Origin: Candidatus Poribacteria bacterium
GTDB taxonomy: Bacteria; Poribacteria; WGA-4E; WGA-3G
Direction of reading: 5' to 3'
Assembly: GCA_965205015.1 (NCBI GenBank)
Contig: OZ242029.1
Span: 1,728,001 to 1,792,000 of the forward strand
DNA length: 64,000 nt
Shown here: positions 19,229 through 28,836 of the stretch, piece after piece
How positions within the stretch are numbered: the first letter of the stretch is position 1
How the letters are laid out: each line of letters starts with the position of its first letter
Notes under the pieces: generated by a model
Databases searched by the model: none
What the model was told of the DNA's origin: nothing
Seen by the model: the letters and a program-made list of their open reading frames with translations, nothing else
Made by a program: the position numbers and the translations under genes

Positions 19229-19954
19229 TTAAGCTTCTTCAGGTTCGTATCCGGCAACATAGTGCAAATACAATGCCTCAAGATCCTCTTGTTGAATCTC
19301 TTCGCGCGTCAACTCACGTTCAAGGTTGCCTTCCACGAGGATGCCGATCCTGTCGGCGATCTCTTTCGCACGGAAAATGTCGTGCGTTGACATGAAGATG
19401 GCTTTCCCTTCCTCCTTCAACTCGCGGAGCAGATTCAGGAAATCCGCACCCCCCTTCGGATCCAAGCCCGAAGTCGGTTCATCGAGAAGGACGGCTTGTG
19501 CGTTTTTCATAATCGCAATGGCAATACCCAAGCGTTGACGCATCCCTTTGGAGAAGGTCTTAACACGCCGTGTAAAGGCTTCCTCCGGTAGACCGACACG
19601 TCCAAGTGTCGCATCGAGCTCCTCGTTCGATACCTTCTTGCGTCCACCGAGTTTTGCGAAAAAAGACAGATTTTGCCGCGCCGTAAAGTTGCGATAGAGT
19701 TCGACGTTCTCCGAGACGTAAGCGAGATGCTTCTTTGCCTCCAGTGGGAACTTCGGAATCTCAATATCGCCTATCAGTGCGGTGCCGCTTGTGGGTTCGA
19801 TGAAGTTCAGGAGCATAGAGATGGTTGTGCTTTTCCCAGCACCGTTCGCGCCGAGGACAACATAGATTTCGCCATCGTCTACTTTCAGGTTCAACTTGTT
19901 GACGGCTAAAACACTTTCGTTATAGACTTTCGTGAGCTCACGAGTTTCTAACAT
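19229..19954 (-). CDS. ABC transporter ATP-binding protein
   Basis: GANGAGKST, FSKGMRQR, LLDEPTSGLDP, STH; AGGAGG RBS. Confidence 0.95.
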   Translation of the reverse strand: MLETRELTKVYNESVLAVNKLNLKVDDGEIYVVLGANGAGKSTTISMLLNFIEPTSGTALIGDIEIPKFPLEAKKHLAYVSENVELYRNFTARQNLSFFAKLGGRKKVSNEELDATLGRVGLPEEAFTRRVKTFSKGMRQRLGIAIAIMKNAQAVLLDEPTSGLDPKGGADFLNLLRELKEEGKAIFMSTHDIFRAKEIADRIGILVEGNLERELTREEIQQEDLEALYLHYVAGYEPEEA

Positions 19955-20076
19955 GAGGTTCCTCCTACGGTTGATTTTCTACTATAGTATATGGTATCGG
20001 AAATCTAATTCAAGCAAGACTTGCACCGATTCACTTCTTTAGTTGGTTGCTTGACCTTTAATACGGTTCGTGCCCT

Positions 20077-20119
20077 TTTATAATTTAATGATACACATTT
20101 GGACTGAAAAGGGTGCATA
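20077..20119 (-). promoter_or_regulatory. Repeated putative ECF promoter (TGCA[AC]CCTTTT...TC[AT]TTAA); copies at 20262-20298, 28950-28993 and 35674-35720
   Basis: Four copies, each on the minus strand upstream of a minus-strand gene of the cluster. Confidence 0.6.
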
Positions 20120-20446
20120 TAGAGAATCGAGCAGTACTCCAACGTAATGCTCGGGTTGAACGATCAACCTATAGTGGATCTTAGCATCCGCCATAATATT
20201 CTGCCCCTAATTGCCCTATTTTTTGAATATAGCCATCAAATCACATTTTGGCTTATGTCATAGTGACGCTATTTAGGTGTGAAAAGGTTGCATAATTTGA
20301 AAAAAGTCGTAGAAAATTTGAAAAAATGTAGCTATTCCAGATAGAAGCAGTCTCCTTTTCCTGCAGGAGAGGTTCGTAATTTCGCCTATCTACGATGTTC
20401 AGGTAATTGCGTACTTTGCTGTGATCTAAAGGTTGGAGGTTTTGTT

Positions 20447-20484
20447 TATTAGAGACCCTTCATACGGAAAAAGATAGTAAAAAC
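20447..20484 (-). promoter_or_regulatory. Second repeated motif GTTTTTACTATC-TTTT...GTCTCTAATA (second copy at 34298-34334)
   Basis: Two near-identical copies upstream of transporter genes, with bipartite promoter-like spacing. Confidence 0.5.
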
Positions 20485-20611
20485 TGCCTGGTTTAACTTA
20501 ACCTACGTGTTTAAGCCGAACTCACGTTAATTACACACCATCTTTTCAGAGAAGTTCCTAAATCGGTATTGCATAGAATGGATTCACACTGTCTGGTGGG
20601 ATTTTATAGGA

Positions 20612-22174
20612 TCACACATCTGAACGGATGAAGACTAAGAAGGCACCTGAAAGAAACACACCAAGCAATAAAACGAGTAGCAGCATATCCACTATCGCTG
20701 CATTGAAGGTATCACTAAAGGTGATCTTATCCTCAAAACTTGGAAGTGCCTGAGGTGAAATCGGCTTTTTAGACATTCCCTCAGGGACTCCGATGATATG
20801 GGGGCTCTCTGTATCAGCGCGATCGGTTTCAGTGATGAAGTTTCGGAACTGTCTGATATGAAGATGCACACCTTCAAGGAATTGCAAGTGCCGATTTAAT
20901 CCGGTACCTGTCATTGATTCAAGAGCATATTGGACGATCGCTGCGGGCGAGAACCGGGTCACCATCCTTGCGCGCTGTACCTGCGCGAGTTGTGCCGTTA
21001 AATGTTCACGGTTCAGCCGTTCCCGAATCTCAACATCTTTGTTGACGAGTTCAGCCCTGATGTGCAATTCCTCCACATCTGCCTTTTGGGATTCCAATTC
21101 TGCTATCGCCAATCTGATTTCTTCCTCGTTCTCCTTCGCCAGTTTTTCCGCCGCTTCAGGCGAGGTTTTCCAAAGTTCCTGAAGTCTATGGAGAAGGCTA
21201 CCCGCTGGTAACTGTGCCTCCTGTTTGTTCTGCATTCGCTCGTCAAAATTTGCGTTAATCTGCTCAAGCGCGCTCCTTTTTGCCATTTCTCGTTGGTGAG
21301 CGGTCTGAACGGGTGGCGTCCATTTCGTGGCAAGCGTGCCGAGGGTAGAAGGCATAAAGACGACGAGTGCTACCCAGACAATCAATAACACGACAAGACT
21401 GATTCGGCTATCGCGCGTGCTGGCGGAGACCATTAACCCTACTGCGATGAAGATACTGGCGTATCCTGAAGCAATTAGCATAATCATTCCCAAACGTCCC
21501 CAGTCCGCCGCCCCGAGTTGTGTCCAACTATCTAAAGAGATCACCGCCAGATTCAACAGTACGGCGAAATAGAATGGGATGAGAATGGTTATCAGGGCGC
21601 CTAAGAACTTTCCGACTAACAACGCCGGGCGGGAAATTGGGTTCGCGAGACATAACCGAAGCGTCCCCCTTTCTCTTTCGCCGGAGAGCGCATCAAACGT
21701 GAACAAAAGTGGGATGAAAGAGAGCAGATAGGTGATGATAAATACCCAGTCTATCTTTGTTGCTTTCGGACGCAGGTCCCGCGCATTCGGGTTGGCAGTA
21801 GGATAGTCCACCGACCAGATGCTTTTTACCTGGCCACCGGGTCCCGCCGTTCTACTCCAAGACCCCCAATTTGTTGTTCCCGATCCCGGCAGAAACGCAT
21901 CGCCCCGGTCTGCAATGAAAGTCAGCGCGGAGGGACGTTTGTAAAGTCTACCGGGTCCTTTTTTCAGGAGCTGATAGAGTTCCGTTTGGGACTGCAATTT
22001 GTTTTGGTCGGTGGTAACTTTCTCAGAATACCGTCGGACCTTGTCTGGGTGGTTCTGAAGATGCACCACAGCGTTAGTTACCATGAGTGCCACCAGAATA
22101 AGGGTAGTTAAGGCAAAGCGGAGACTGTTGAGATGGTCAAAGAATTCTCTTTTAACGATATGTCCGATCATCAT
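20612..22174 (-). CDS. ABC-2 type transporter permease subunit
   Basis: IVKREFFDHL, FDALSGERERGTLRLCLANPISR...GKFLG, six TM segments; AAGGAG RBS before ATG at 22174. Confidence 0.9.
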   Translation of the reverse strand: MMIGHIVKREFFDHLNSLRFALTTLILVALMVTNAVVHLQNHPDKVRRYSEKVTTDQNKLQSQTELYQLLKKGPGRLYKRPSALTFIADRGDAFLPGSGTTNWGSWSRTAGPGGQVKSIWSVDYPTANPNARDLRPKATKIDWVFIITYLLSFIPLLFTFDALSGERERGTLRLCLANPISRPALLVGKFLGALITILIPFYFAVLLNLAVISLDSWTQLGAADWGRLGMIMLIASGYASIFIAVGLMVSASTRDSRISLVVLLIVWVALVVFMPSTLGTLATKWTPPVQTAHQREMAKRSALEQINANFDERMQNKQEAQLPAGSLLHRLQELWKTSPEAAEKLAKENEEEIRLAIAELESQKADVEELHIRAELVNKDVEIRERLNREHLTAQLAQVQRARMVTRFSPAAIVQYALESMTGTGLNRHLQFLEGVHLHIRQFRNFITETDRADTESPHIIGVPEGMSKKPISPQALPSFEDKITFSDTFNAAIVDMLLLVLLLGVFLSGAFLVFIRSDV

Positions 22175-22184
22175 ATTTCTCCTT

Positions 22185-23660
22185 TTACACTTCAACTTTG
22201 ATAAAAATCAGAAATGTCACCATAAACAGGATCAGATTCATAAGGAAAAGAAGGGACACATCCGTAAGGGCGCGTTGTGCGTTCTCCGAGACATCCGCCC
22301 GCGCAAAGCGAAACCTTGGCAAATCCCACCAATCCACTGGCCCTTGGTCAGAGGCAAACCACTGTCGACTCGCAAACGCATCTTTGTCGCGGAAATAGTT
22401 AATGAGTGTTTGACGGTATCCTTGCGTGGCGTGGATAAAGTCTAACATACCATTTAGATCCGTGCCTGCCCAGGCGGATGTTGAAAATGCATATAAACTT
22501 GCGGGACTGAACTTCATCAACCGTTTATCCCACGTTGCTTGCCGGATGTCTGTCCGCGCCAAGCGTTGTTCGCGTATCAACGCAGCTTTTTCTGCCAGAC
22601 GGATGTGCGTCGCACCGATGAATGCCTGATACTTTTGGAAATGCGGGACGGACGGCTCCGAATCCGCGTTCACTTTGGTCATATTGAACCCATACCTTCT
22701 GCCACTACGAGCGCTTGACCCTGAATATCCTATGTTAAACCTGGGGGGCTCCCCCGCAAGCGGACTATTTGCTAAGAACCGCTGTTCTTCCCGATCGGCT
22801 TCTTCCCAAATCTGTTCAATCTGTTGACTTGCCGACTGTCTTTCGGCGCGCATATCGCCCACCGGATTGATGGCGAACCGACTCCAGTTCGGATAAACGA
22901 GGACCAAACCGACCCATAAGAACATGCAGAGCATCAAAGATGTAGCCGTGCGGCGGGTTGTCGTGGAAATCAATAGTCCGATGAGGTAGAAAACGGATAA
23001 GTAGACAGTGGTCGTCCAGACTATCCCCCCGATCCGGAGCAAATCCGCTGTGCTGAGCTGTATTGAACTGGCAAGGGAGCACAAAATCAGCACCATCAGC
23101 AGACTCATTAGCACGGGCAGCAGCAAGCATATCATGGCGGCGATATATTTCGCAAATAGAATGGACCCGCGTCGCACTGGATGTGAGATAACCAGACGTA
23201 AGGTACCGCTTTCCCAATCGCCTGCAATCGCATCGTAAGCGAAGAGTAAGGCGAGTAGGCTTAATATAACTTGAAAGATGGACACCAGATCAATCTGTGA
23301 AAAAAGATTGAGATACGGGTTCTCCAGGTTTCGTGCGGAGACACTTGAGAGCACCGGCACTTCCCCGTGATAAATTTCGACGGTCGTTCCGAGTCGCTTA
23401 TCTAATCCTGCACTAAAGAGAGTTAGGGGGTTCGGAGGGCGTTCAACAAAGATTTCTAATCGCGAATAGGTTTCCGCTGCCACCGCTTTCTCACGATGAA
23501 CTTTCTCTTGCTGGCTATAGCTCGCCACTCGGTTTTCGTGCGCATCAATCAGCACAACGGTATTGGCGACGACAAGCAGGAGCGTAATCACGACTGCGGT
23601 AAAGAATCGCGCGCTCATCAGATGCGTGAGCAGTTCTTGGCGTATCAGGGTGCGTAACAT
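22185..23660 (-). CDS. ABC-2 type transporter permease subunit
   Basis: LIRQELL, YDAIAGDWESGTLRLVISHPVRR...AKY. Confidence 0.9.
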   Translation of the reverse strand: MLRTLIRQELLTHLMSARFFTAVVITLLLVVANTVVLIDAHENRVASYSQQEKVHREKAVAAETYSRLEIFVERPPNPLTLFSAGLDKRLGTTVEIYHGEVPVLSSVSARNLENPYLNLFSQIDLVSIFQVILSLLALLFAYDAIAGDWESGTLRLVISHPVRRGSILFAKYIAAMICLLLPVLMSLLMVLILCSLASSIQLSTADLLRIGGIVWTTTVYLSVFYLIGLLISTTTRRTATSLMLCMFLWVGLVLVYPNWSRFAINPVGDMRAERQSASQQIEQIWEEADREEQRFLANSPLAGEPPRFNIGYSGSSARSGRRYGFNMTKVNADSEPSVPHFQKYQAFIGATHIRLAEKAALIREQRLARTDIRQATWDKRLMKFSPASLYAFSTSAWAGTDLNGMLDFIHATQGYRQTLINYFRDKDAFASRQWFASDQGPVDWWDLPRFRFARADVSENAQRALTDVSLLFLMNLILFMVTFLIFIKVEV

Positions 23661-23708
23661 GTTTCAACCTCAATGTAATGTACATAACTGTTTCGTTTAA
23701 TTGATGGA

Positions 23709-25382
23709 TCACCGGATGGAGATATGTGCTCGAAAAGCGTTGATACTTTCCTGCTCATCAACCCAACCCCCAGTCGCTCTCAATTGAAAAACCTGTCCTT
23801 TGTCAAATTGATATATGATTGTTCCTGTTTCACCGGGTTGGATCCCCCATACATGTGCGAGCGCGCCTTTAGATATTCCTTTTGTCGAGAATTCGCTATT
23901 ACCATCGAAGAGATCAAACGAACCTATAAGGGCTGCCCTCCCGACTTGAATATCAATGGTGAGCACGCCACCGTTTTCAAATGCTGTGGCATCAATTTCT
24001 ACAACGGTGTGATCTTGAGAGCCTGCCTCAGCGGTGCGGAAAGTGTCTAATATCTCTATTGAAGGTTGCACAGGATTGAGGGAAATATTGCGACTGCTTG
24101 ATAAAGAGACCCGATCTTTCTCACCCAATCCGGGACGTTTTCCTGTTAAGGCTTCTACAAGGAACAACTGATAGTGTTCTGCTTTCTTGTGCCACTTGTG
24201 CGGGGAGAGTTCATTGACGGCTTGCCTGCCCATGAGTTCAAGTTCGGACGAGATAACCAAACAATCTGTAGGTGAATGTCTCTTCCACGCCCGAACGATT
24301 GTTTGGAGCAAGGAAGACATTTCGTCAATACCTTTTGCATCGCGCAAACGTCTTATATCGGTGTTAAGTACCCATGTGTTGACAAAATTTTCATTCAAGA
24401 ATTTGATGTTCCCATCATCAGAGAGAGCGACTGCCCTCAAATTTTTGCCGCTCGCGCCACAGGCTTCGTCATCAAGCGGACCATTGATTGAAATAACATG
24501 AATGGGCTTCTGTTGTGTCTTTGCTATTTCCAACACTTCGTCTACCGATACCCAATTGATTTGTTGTGATTTGTAGAAACGTAGTATCAGGACACGCTCG
24601 GCTTCTTCTACAGTTATTGCTTCGGAAAATTGCGTGTCTTGAATTATATCTTCTGAACCGGTACGGAGTTCGATTTGTGGACAAAAGCCGGTATCCGCCC
24701 CAAAAGAGGGACCGGCACCATGGTATCGGTTGACATCGAAGTTGAGTGTTCCCTCAGGAACGTACATCTGGAAGAAGGCGATTTTCTTTTCTACTCGATC
24801 GATAACGAGATTCCCAGTAAATTGTGAGGGTGTGAACCAGCCGTTCGCTAACCTGAACTCCGCATGAATACGGAATACGATGTCGGCAAATTCAGCATTG
24901 TAAGCGCGCAAGCACGCCCACATTCCGCGTGAATCTCCGTGATTGATGTGCATATCCAGATTGGGATTGGGGTGAAGTTGTCTCAACAGCTCCAGTACCC
25001 CGTTTTGTTCAATCTGCCAGACTTCGCCGACAGAAACACTGTTTCCTCGGTTTGGAGGATTTTCGCGAAAAAGTCTCTTCAATCCCGGCAAGAACGGTTT
25101 TTCTTTTCCCTTCTGCAGGCGGGCTTCAGTCGGGAGAAACGCCTGAAACACTGAAGTAGGATGGTGCTTTTCAGGCTCAGCGACTCGCAGATGTGCCAAT
25201 GTATCCCACGTCACATGGAAGTTGTCTCGGGTGTACTCGATTGGGGCAATGAAGCCTTTAACCAACACTTTGGCGTTGTTGTCAAGCGTGAGAACAATTC
25301 TGTTAGAAGTAGATACTTCATCCGCGAACCCATGTTGCAAAGACAAGATAAAAATCAGGCAACCGATACCGAATGTTTTCAT
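23709..25382 (-). CDS. Exported selenoprotein N-like protein, non-Sec paralogue (C-G-A-S-G-K) with shared C-terminal domain
   Basis: Signal peptide; VFRIHAEF, WFTPSQFTG, GPLDDEACGASGKNLR...LNENFVNTW, collinear with animal SelN and with the 26932-28836 gene. Confidence 0.85.
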   Translation of the reverse strand: MKTFGIGCLIFILSLQHGFADEVSTSNRIVLTLDNNAKVLVKGFIAPIEYTRDNFHVTWDTLAHLRVAEPEKHHPTSVFQAFLPTEARLQKGKEKPFLPGLKRLFRENPPNRGNSVSVGEVWQIEQNGVLELLRQLHPNPNLDMHINHGDSRGMWACLRAYNAEFADIVFRIHAEFRLANGWFTPSQFTGNLVIDRVEKKIAFFQMYVPEGTLNFDVNRYHGAGPSFGADTGFCPQIELRTGSEDIIQDTQFSEAITVEEAERVLILRFYKSQQINWVSVDEVLEIAKTQQKPIHVISINGPLDDEACGASGKNLRAVALSDDGNIKFLNENFVNTWVLNTDIRRLRDAKGIDEMSSLLQTIVRAWKRHSPTDCLVISSELELMGRQAVNELSPHKWHKKAEHYQLFLVEALTGKRPGLGEKDRVSLSSSRNISLNPVQPSIEILDTFRTAEAGSQDHTVVEIDATAFENGGVLTIDIQVGRAALIGSFDLFDGNSEFSTKGISKGALAHVWGIQPGETGTIIYQFDKGQVFQLRATGGWVDEQESINAFRAHISIR

Positions 25383-25407
25383 TTTGAGAGATCCAAAAAA
25401 AATGAAC

Positions 25408-25474
25408 AGGATTTACACACCCTTTGCTGGCGAGGTTTGAAACCTCACCCGGCGTTGGGCAGTCCGTAGGTCCT
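25408..25474 (+). mobile_element. Degenerate copy of the MITE-like element at 46402-46494
   Basis: AGGATTTACAC...GCTGGCGAGGTTTGAAACCTC...CGTAGGTCCT. Confidence 0.55.
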
Positions 25475-25503
25475 ATTGGAAATAAAGTGTACCTGCTGGG
25501 GGG

Positions 25504-26826
25504 TTACCGAATGGAAATTCGTGCGTGAAAAGCATTGACGCTCCCTTTCTCACTAAACCAATCGCCGGTAGCCCCTAATTGAAAGACTTGGGCTTGATCG
25601 AACCGATAAGCGATTATTCCTGTTCCACCGGGCGGAATTCCCCATTCATGCGCGAGGGCTTTGTTAGGGAAGCCTTCAGTCGTAAGTTCACTGTCTCCCC
25701 TAAATAGATCGAATGAACCCGAGGCTTTGCCACTGCCGACCCGGATATCAATGGTTAACATGCCGCCAGCTTCAAACGCCGTGGCATCAATTTTGACAAC
25801 AGTATAATCCTGATGCCCTCTTTCGGGTGTCCGAAAAAAGTCTAATATTTCTGTTTGAATTTGCTGTGCTTTTTCTATTTGTGCTTGTGTCTCCTGCGTT
25901 TGCGGGCCTGTTACCCGCAGGATGTCTGCTTGCGGATTGGATCTGCTATTCTTTCCCGACATGTCCATCTTTCCCAGTTGTGTTCTCACAGCAGGTTTGG
26001 CTTTAATGATGGGTTCCAGCGTTGCCTCTACAATGTCAACCTTTATAGCAGGGATTGTCTCTAAACTGTAGGGGTGCTGGAAACGGGATAGGTATTCATT
26101 GCTTACGCCAAGCATGAGTGTCGCCAAAATAGCGATTGACGCCGCTATCGCCCATGGCACTACAGGTTTGCCATTTGTAGGAGGAACAGGTTTGATGCGG
26201 TTGGCTTCTCGTATAATATTCTCAGTTAGGTTGGCTGGCAATTGTACACTACTGAGTACTTCACTAACCAAAAGTTCTTCGCCTTGTGTCTGCAAACGCT
26301 TTCGCGCACGGCTAAGCCTACTTTTAATTGTGTTCGCCGATACACCCAAAAATTTGCTAATATCCTTCACTTTCATTTCGCCAAGGTAGTGGAGCGTCAC
26401 GACCGTACGTTCGCTCTCCGGCAGCCTTTGCAGAAGTCTTTTGACGATTTCATGTCGTTGTTCAGTCGTTTCCACGTCGAGCTGCTCCGATACATGATGG
26501 GTATAAGAGGCTTCTTCTATTTCTTCCACAGGTGTGTCCTCCAGCGATTGCATCATATATCTGTTCCTTTGAATCCAATTAATACAGAGTCGATCTACAA
26601 TGACATAAAGCCATCCAGCGAACTGATTGGGATCTTTTAGTGTTGAGAGTTTTTTGTGTACTTGAAGGAAAGCATCTTGCGTAATTTCTTCAGCGAGATG
26701 AAAGTCCCCAAGCTTGCGCCACGCCAGCGCGTGAACGCTCTTCTGATGTTTTCGGACCAATGCACCGAATGCCTCTTCATCCCCTGACAAAATTTTATGA
26801 ATCAGTTGAACATCGTTTTCTTCCAT
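25504..26826 (-). CDS. Membrane-anchored ECF sigma factor with a C-terminal extracytoplasmic domain
   Basis: Regions 2 and 4 (AEEITQDAFL, FAGWLYVI, ISKFLGVSANTIKSRLSRARKRL); TM helix VVPWAIAASIAILATLMLGV; C-terminal domain shared with both flanking SelN-like proteins. Confidence 0.9.
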   Translation of the reverse strand: MEENDVQLIHKILSGDEEAFGALVRKHQKSVHALAWRKLGDFHLAEEITQDAFLQVHKKLSTLKDPNQFAGWLYVIVDRLCINWIQRNRYMMQSLEDTPVEEIEEASYTHHVSEQLDVETTEQRHEIVKRLLQRLPESERTVVTLHYLGEMKVKDISKFLGVSANTIKSRLSRARKRLQTQGEELLVSEVLSSVQLPANLTENIIREANRIKPVPPTNGKPVVPWAIAASIAILATLMLGVSNEYLSRFQHPYSLETIPAIKVDIVEATLEPIIKAKPAVRTQLGKMDMSGKNSRSNPQADILRVTGPQTQETQAQIEKAQQIQTEILDFFRTPERGHQDYTVVKIDATAFEAGGMLTIDIRVGSGKASGSFDLFRGDSELTTEGFPNKALAHEWGIPPGGTGIIAYRFDQAQVFQLGATGDWFSEKGSVNAFHARISIR

Positions 26827-26931
26827 CGGAATACTTCCTTTATGCTGTGCGTTCTTCTATCTGTTCAGATTGCGGGTTGCGAAATTTTCCCAGTCGCCAC
26901 CCTCAATAAATTACCCATTCTGCGGTTTGAA

Positions 26932-28836
26932 TCACTTGTTATCATAAATGAACCACACACCCTCCACTTTTCGCATCTTAACAGATATCTCCGGCGGCTG
27001 CGCCATCGGCATTTTTAATCGAAAGTGGAATTCATCACCCACATATTCGCTGCTCAACACCTCCATCTGACTTAACATTTGACGCACCTGAGGACGCATA
27101 TCCGCTGGCACATCCTCAAAATCATTTTCAAATGTTTCTCTGGCATCTCCTGTAAGCATCGAGCGTAGTGTCTCTGAATCGAGATTCTTAAATGCTTCCA
27201 CGAAAGCGTTCATCGTATCTTCCGCAGATTGCTCCGGGCGCGCTGATGACGCTTTTCTCGGCTCTGGTTTCCGATTCGGTTCGACAGAGATTTTTGCCCA
27301 AAAAGCGTTGACCAACCCTTTCTCACTGGACCAATTGCCGGTTACCCCCAACTTAAAGGGCTGCCCTCGGTCAAAAGGATGAACGATGTGTCCGCTCATG
27401 CCCGGCTCAATTTCCCACGCGGAAACCAGCGCATTATCAGGTATACCTGTCGTGGGAAGTTCCGTGTCTCCGGCGAACAGATCGAACGAACCCGGCACCT
27501 CGCCGTTGCCCACCCAGGTATCAATGGTAAGTGTACCGCCGTCTTCAAACAGTGTGGTGTCAATCTCAACGGTTGTGTAATCCTGATTGCCATGACCGGG
27601 CGCGCGAAAAATGTTCAGGATCTCCATTGAGGTTCGCTGAGCGTTGAGGGCGACGTGTCGGCTACTACCCAATCCGGGACGTTTCCCTTCTAATGATTCC
27701 ACGAGAAACCGTTGGTAAGCCTCGTCTATGTAGCGCATCGCATTGAATAGGTCATTGACCGGTTGACGTCCCATCAGTTCCAGATCGGGCGATATCACCA
27801 AACAATCTACCGGAGAATACCGCTTCCACCCACTAATAATTGTTCGTGCCAAGGGCTGCATTCCGTCAATTCCCTTTGCTTCACGTAATCTTTTCATATC
27901 GGTGTTCAGCACCCAGGTGTTGACAAACTTTTCGTTGAGCGATTCGATGATTCGGTCATTGGAGAGGACAACTGCCCTCAAGGTTTTTCCACTCCCTCAG
28001 CACGCCTCGTCGGTGAGGGGTCCATTGATCGAAACCACATGAATCGGCTTTCGCAGCGATCTTGCTATCTCTAACGCTTTGTCCATCGCTACCCATTTGA
28101 TTTGTTCCGACTTATAGAAACGGTGTATCAGTCTACGTTCCGCTTCTTCTTGGGTGATGGCTTGGGTGAATTGCGTGTCTGACGTGATAGCCTGTGTACC
28201 AGCAAGGAGTGATATTTGAGGACAAAAGCCGGCATCCGTACCGAAGTAGCGACTATTCTCGTGTTTCCGGTTCACATCGAAGTTGAGGGTGCCTTCAGGG
28301 ACGTACATCTCAAAGAAGGCGACTTTCGCCTGCGGACGGTCAATAACCAAACGACCGGCAAACTGGGACGGGGTGAACCAACCGTCCGCTAAGGCAAATT
28401 CTGCATGGATGCGAAACACAATTTCGGCAAAGAGATCATTGTAAGCGCGAAGCGTTGCCCATAACCCTGAGGAATCCACAGGACTGTGCATCTCCACGTA
28501 TGGGTTGGGGTGAAGTTGCTTCAGCAATTCCAGAATGCCCTCCGGTTTAACGTGCCACAGTTCGCCCACGGAGACAGGCTGATGCGGAAGAAATGCTTGA
28601 AAAACCGACGCTGCATATCGCTTTTCTGGTTCAGCGACTTTCAAGTTCGCTAATGTGTCCCAATTCACATGAAAGTTGTCGACTGTATACGCAATCGGAG
28701 CGATGAAGCCTTCGACGGAGACTTCTGACGTGCTGTCAAGGGTAAGTGTGATTTTGTTAGGTGTGGTGTTCTCATCAGCGTGAAGTTGTCCACTCATCAT
28801 CACCAGAATGAGAAATCCAATCGTTAGTGTTTTCAT
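26932..28836 (-). CDS. selN: Selenoprotein N-like exported selenoprotein (Sec at TGA 27999-27997; 634 aa), with the shared domain and a C-terminal NTF2/DUF4878-like domain
   Basis: Two track ORFs are in frame across one TGA: GPLTDEAC-TGA-GSGKTLRAVVLS...LNEKFVNTW, versus animal SelN [22 protein letters not shown]...LNESFISTW. The adjacent paralogue is continuous across this site, and a hairpin follows the TGA. Confidence 0.9.
27961..27999 (-). promoter_or_regulatory. Putative bacterial SECIS element
   Basis: UGA-GGGAGUGGAAAAACCUU-GAGGGC-AGUU-GUCCUC-UCC: a 6-bp upper stem with a G-containing 4-nt loop starting 23 nt after the UGA. Confidence 0.7.

Noticed and set aside
27997-27999. TGA as a nonsense mutation (pseudogene) or a true stop between two genes
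   Set aside because: It falls exactly at the Sec position of SelN, is followed by a SECIS-like hairpin, and both halves are intact and in frame.
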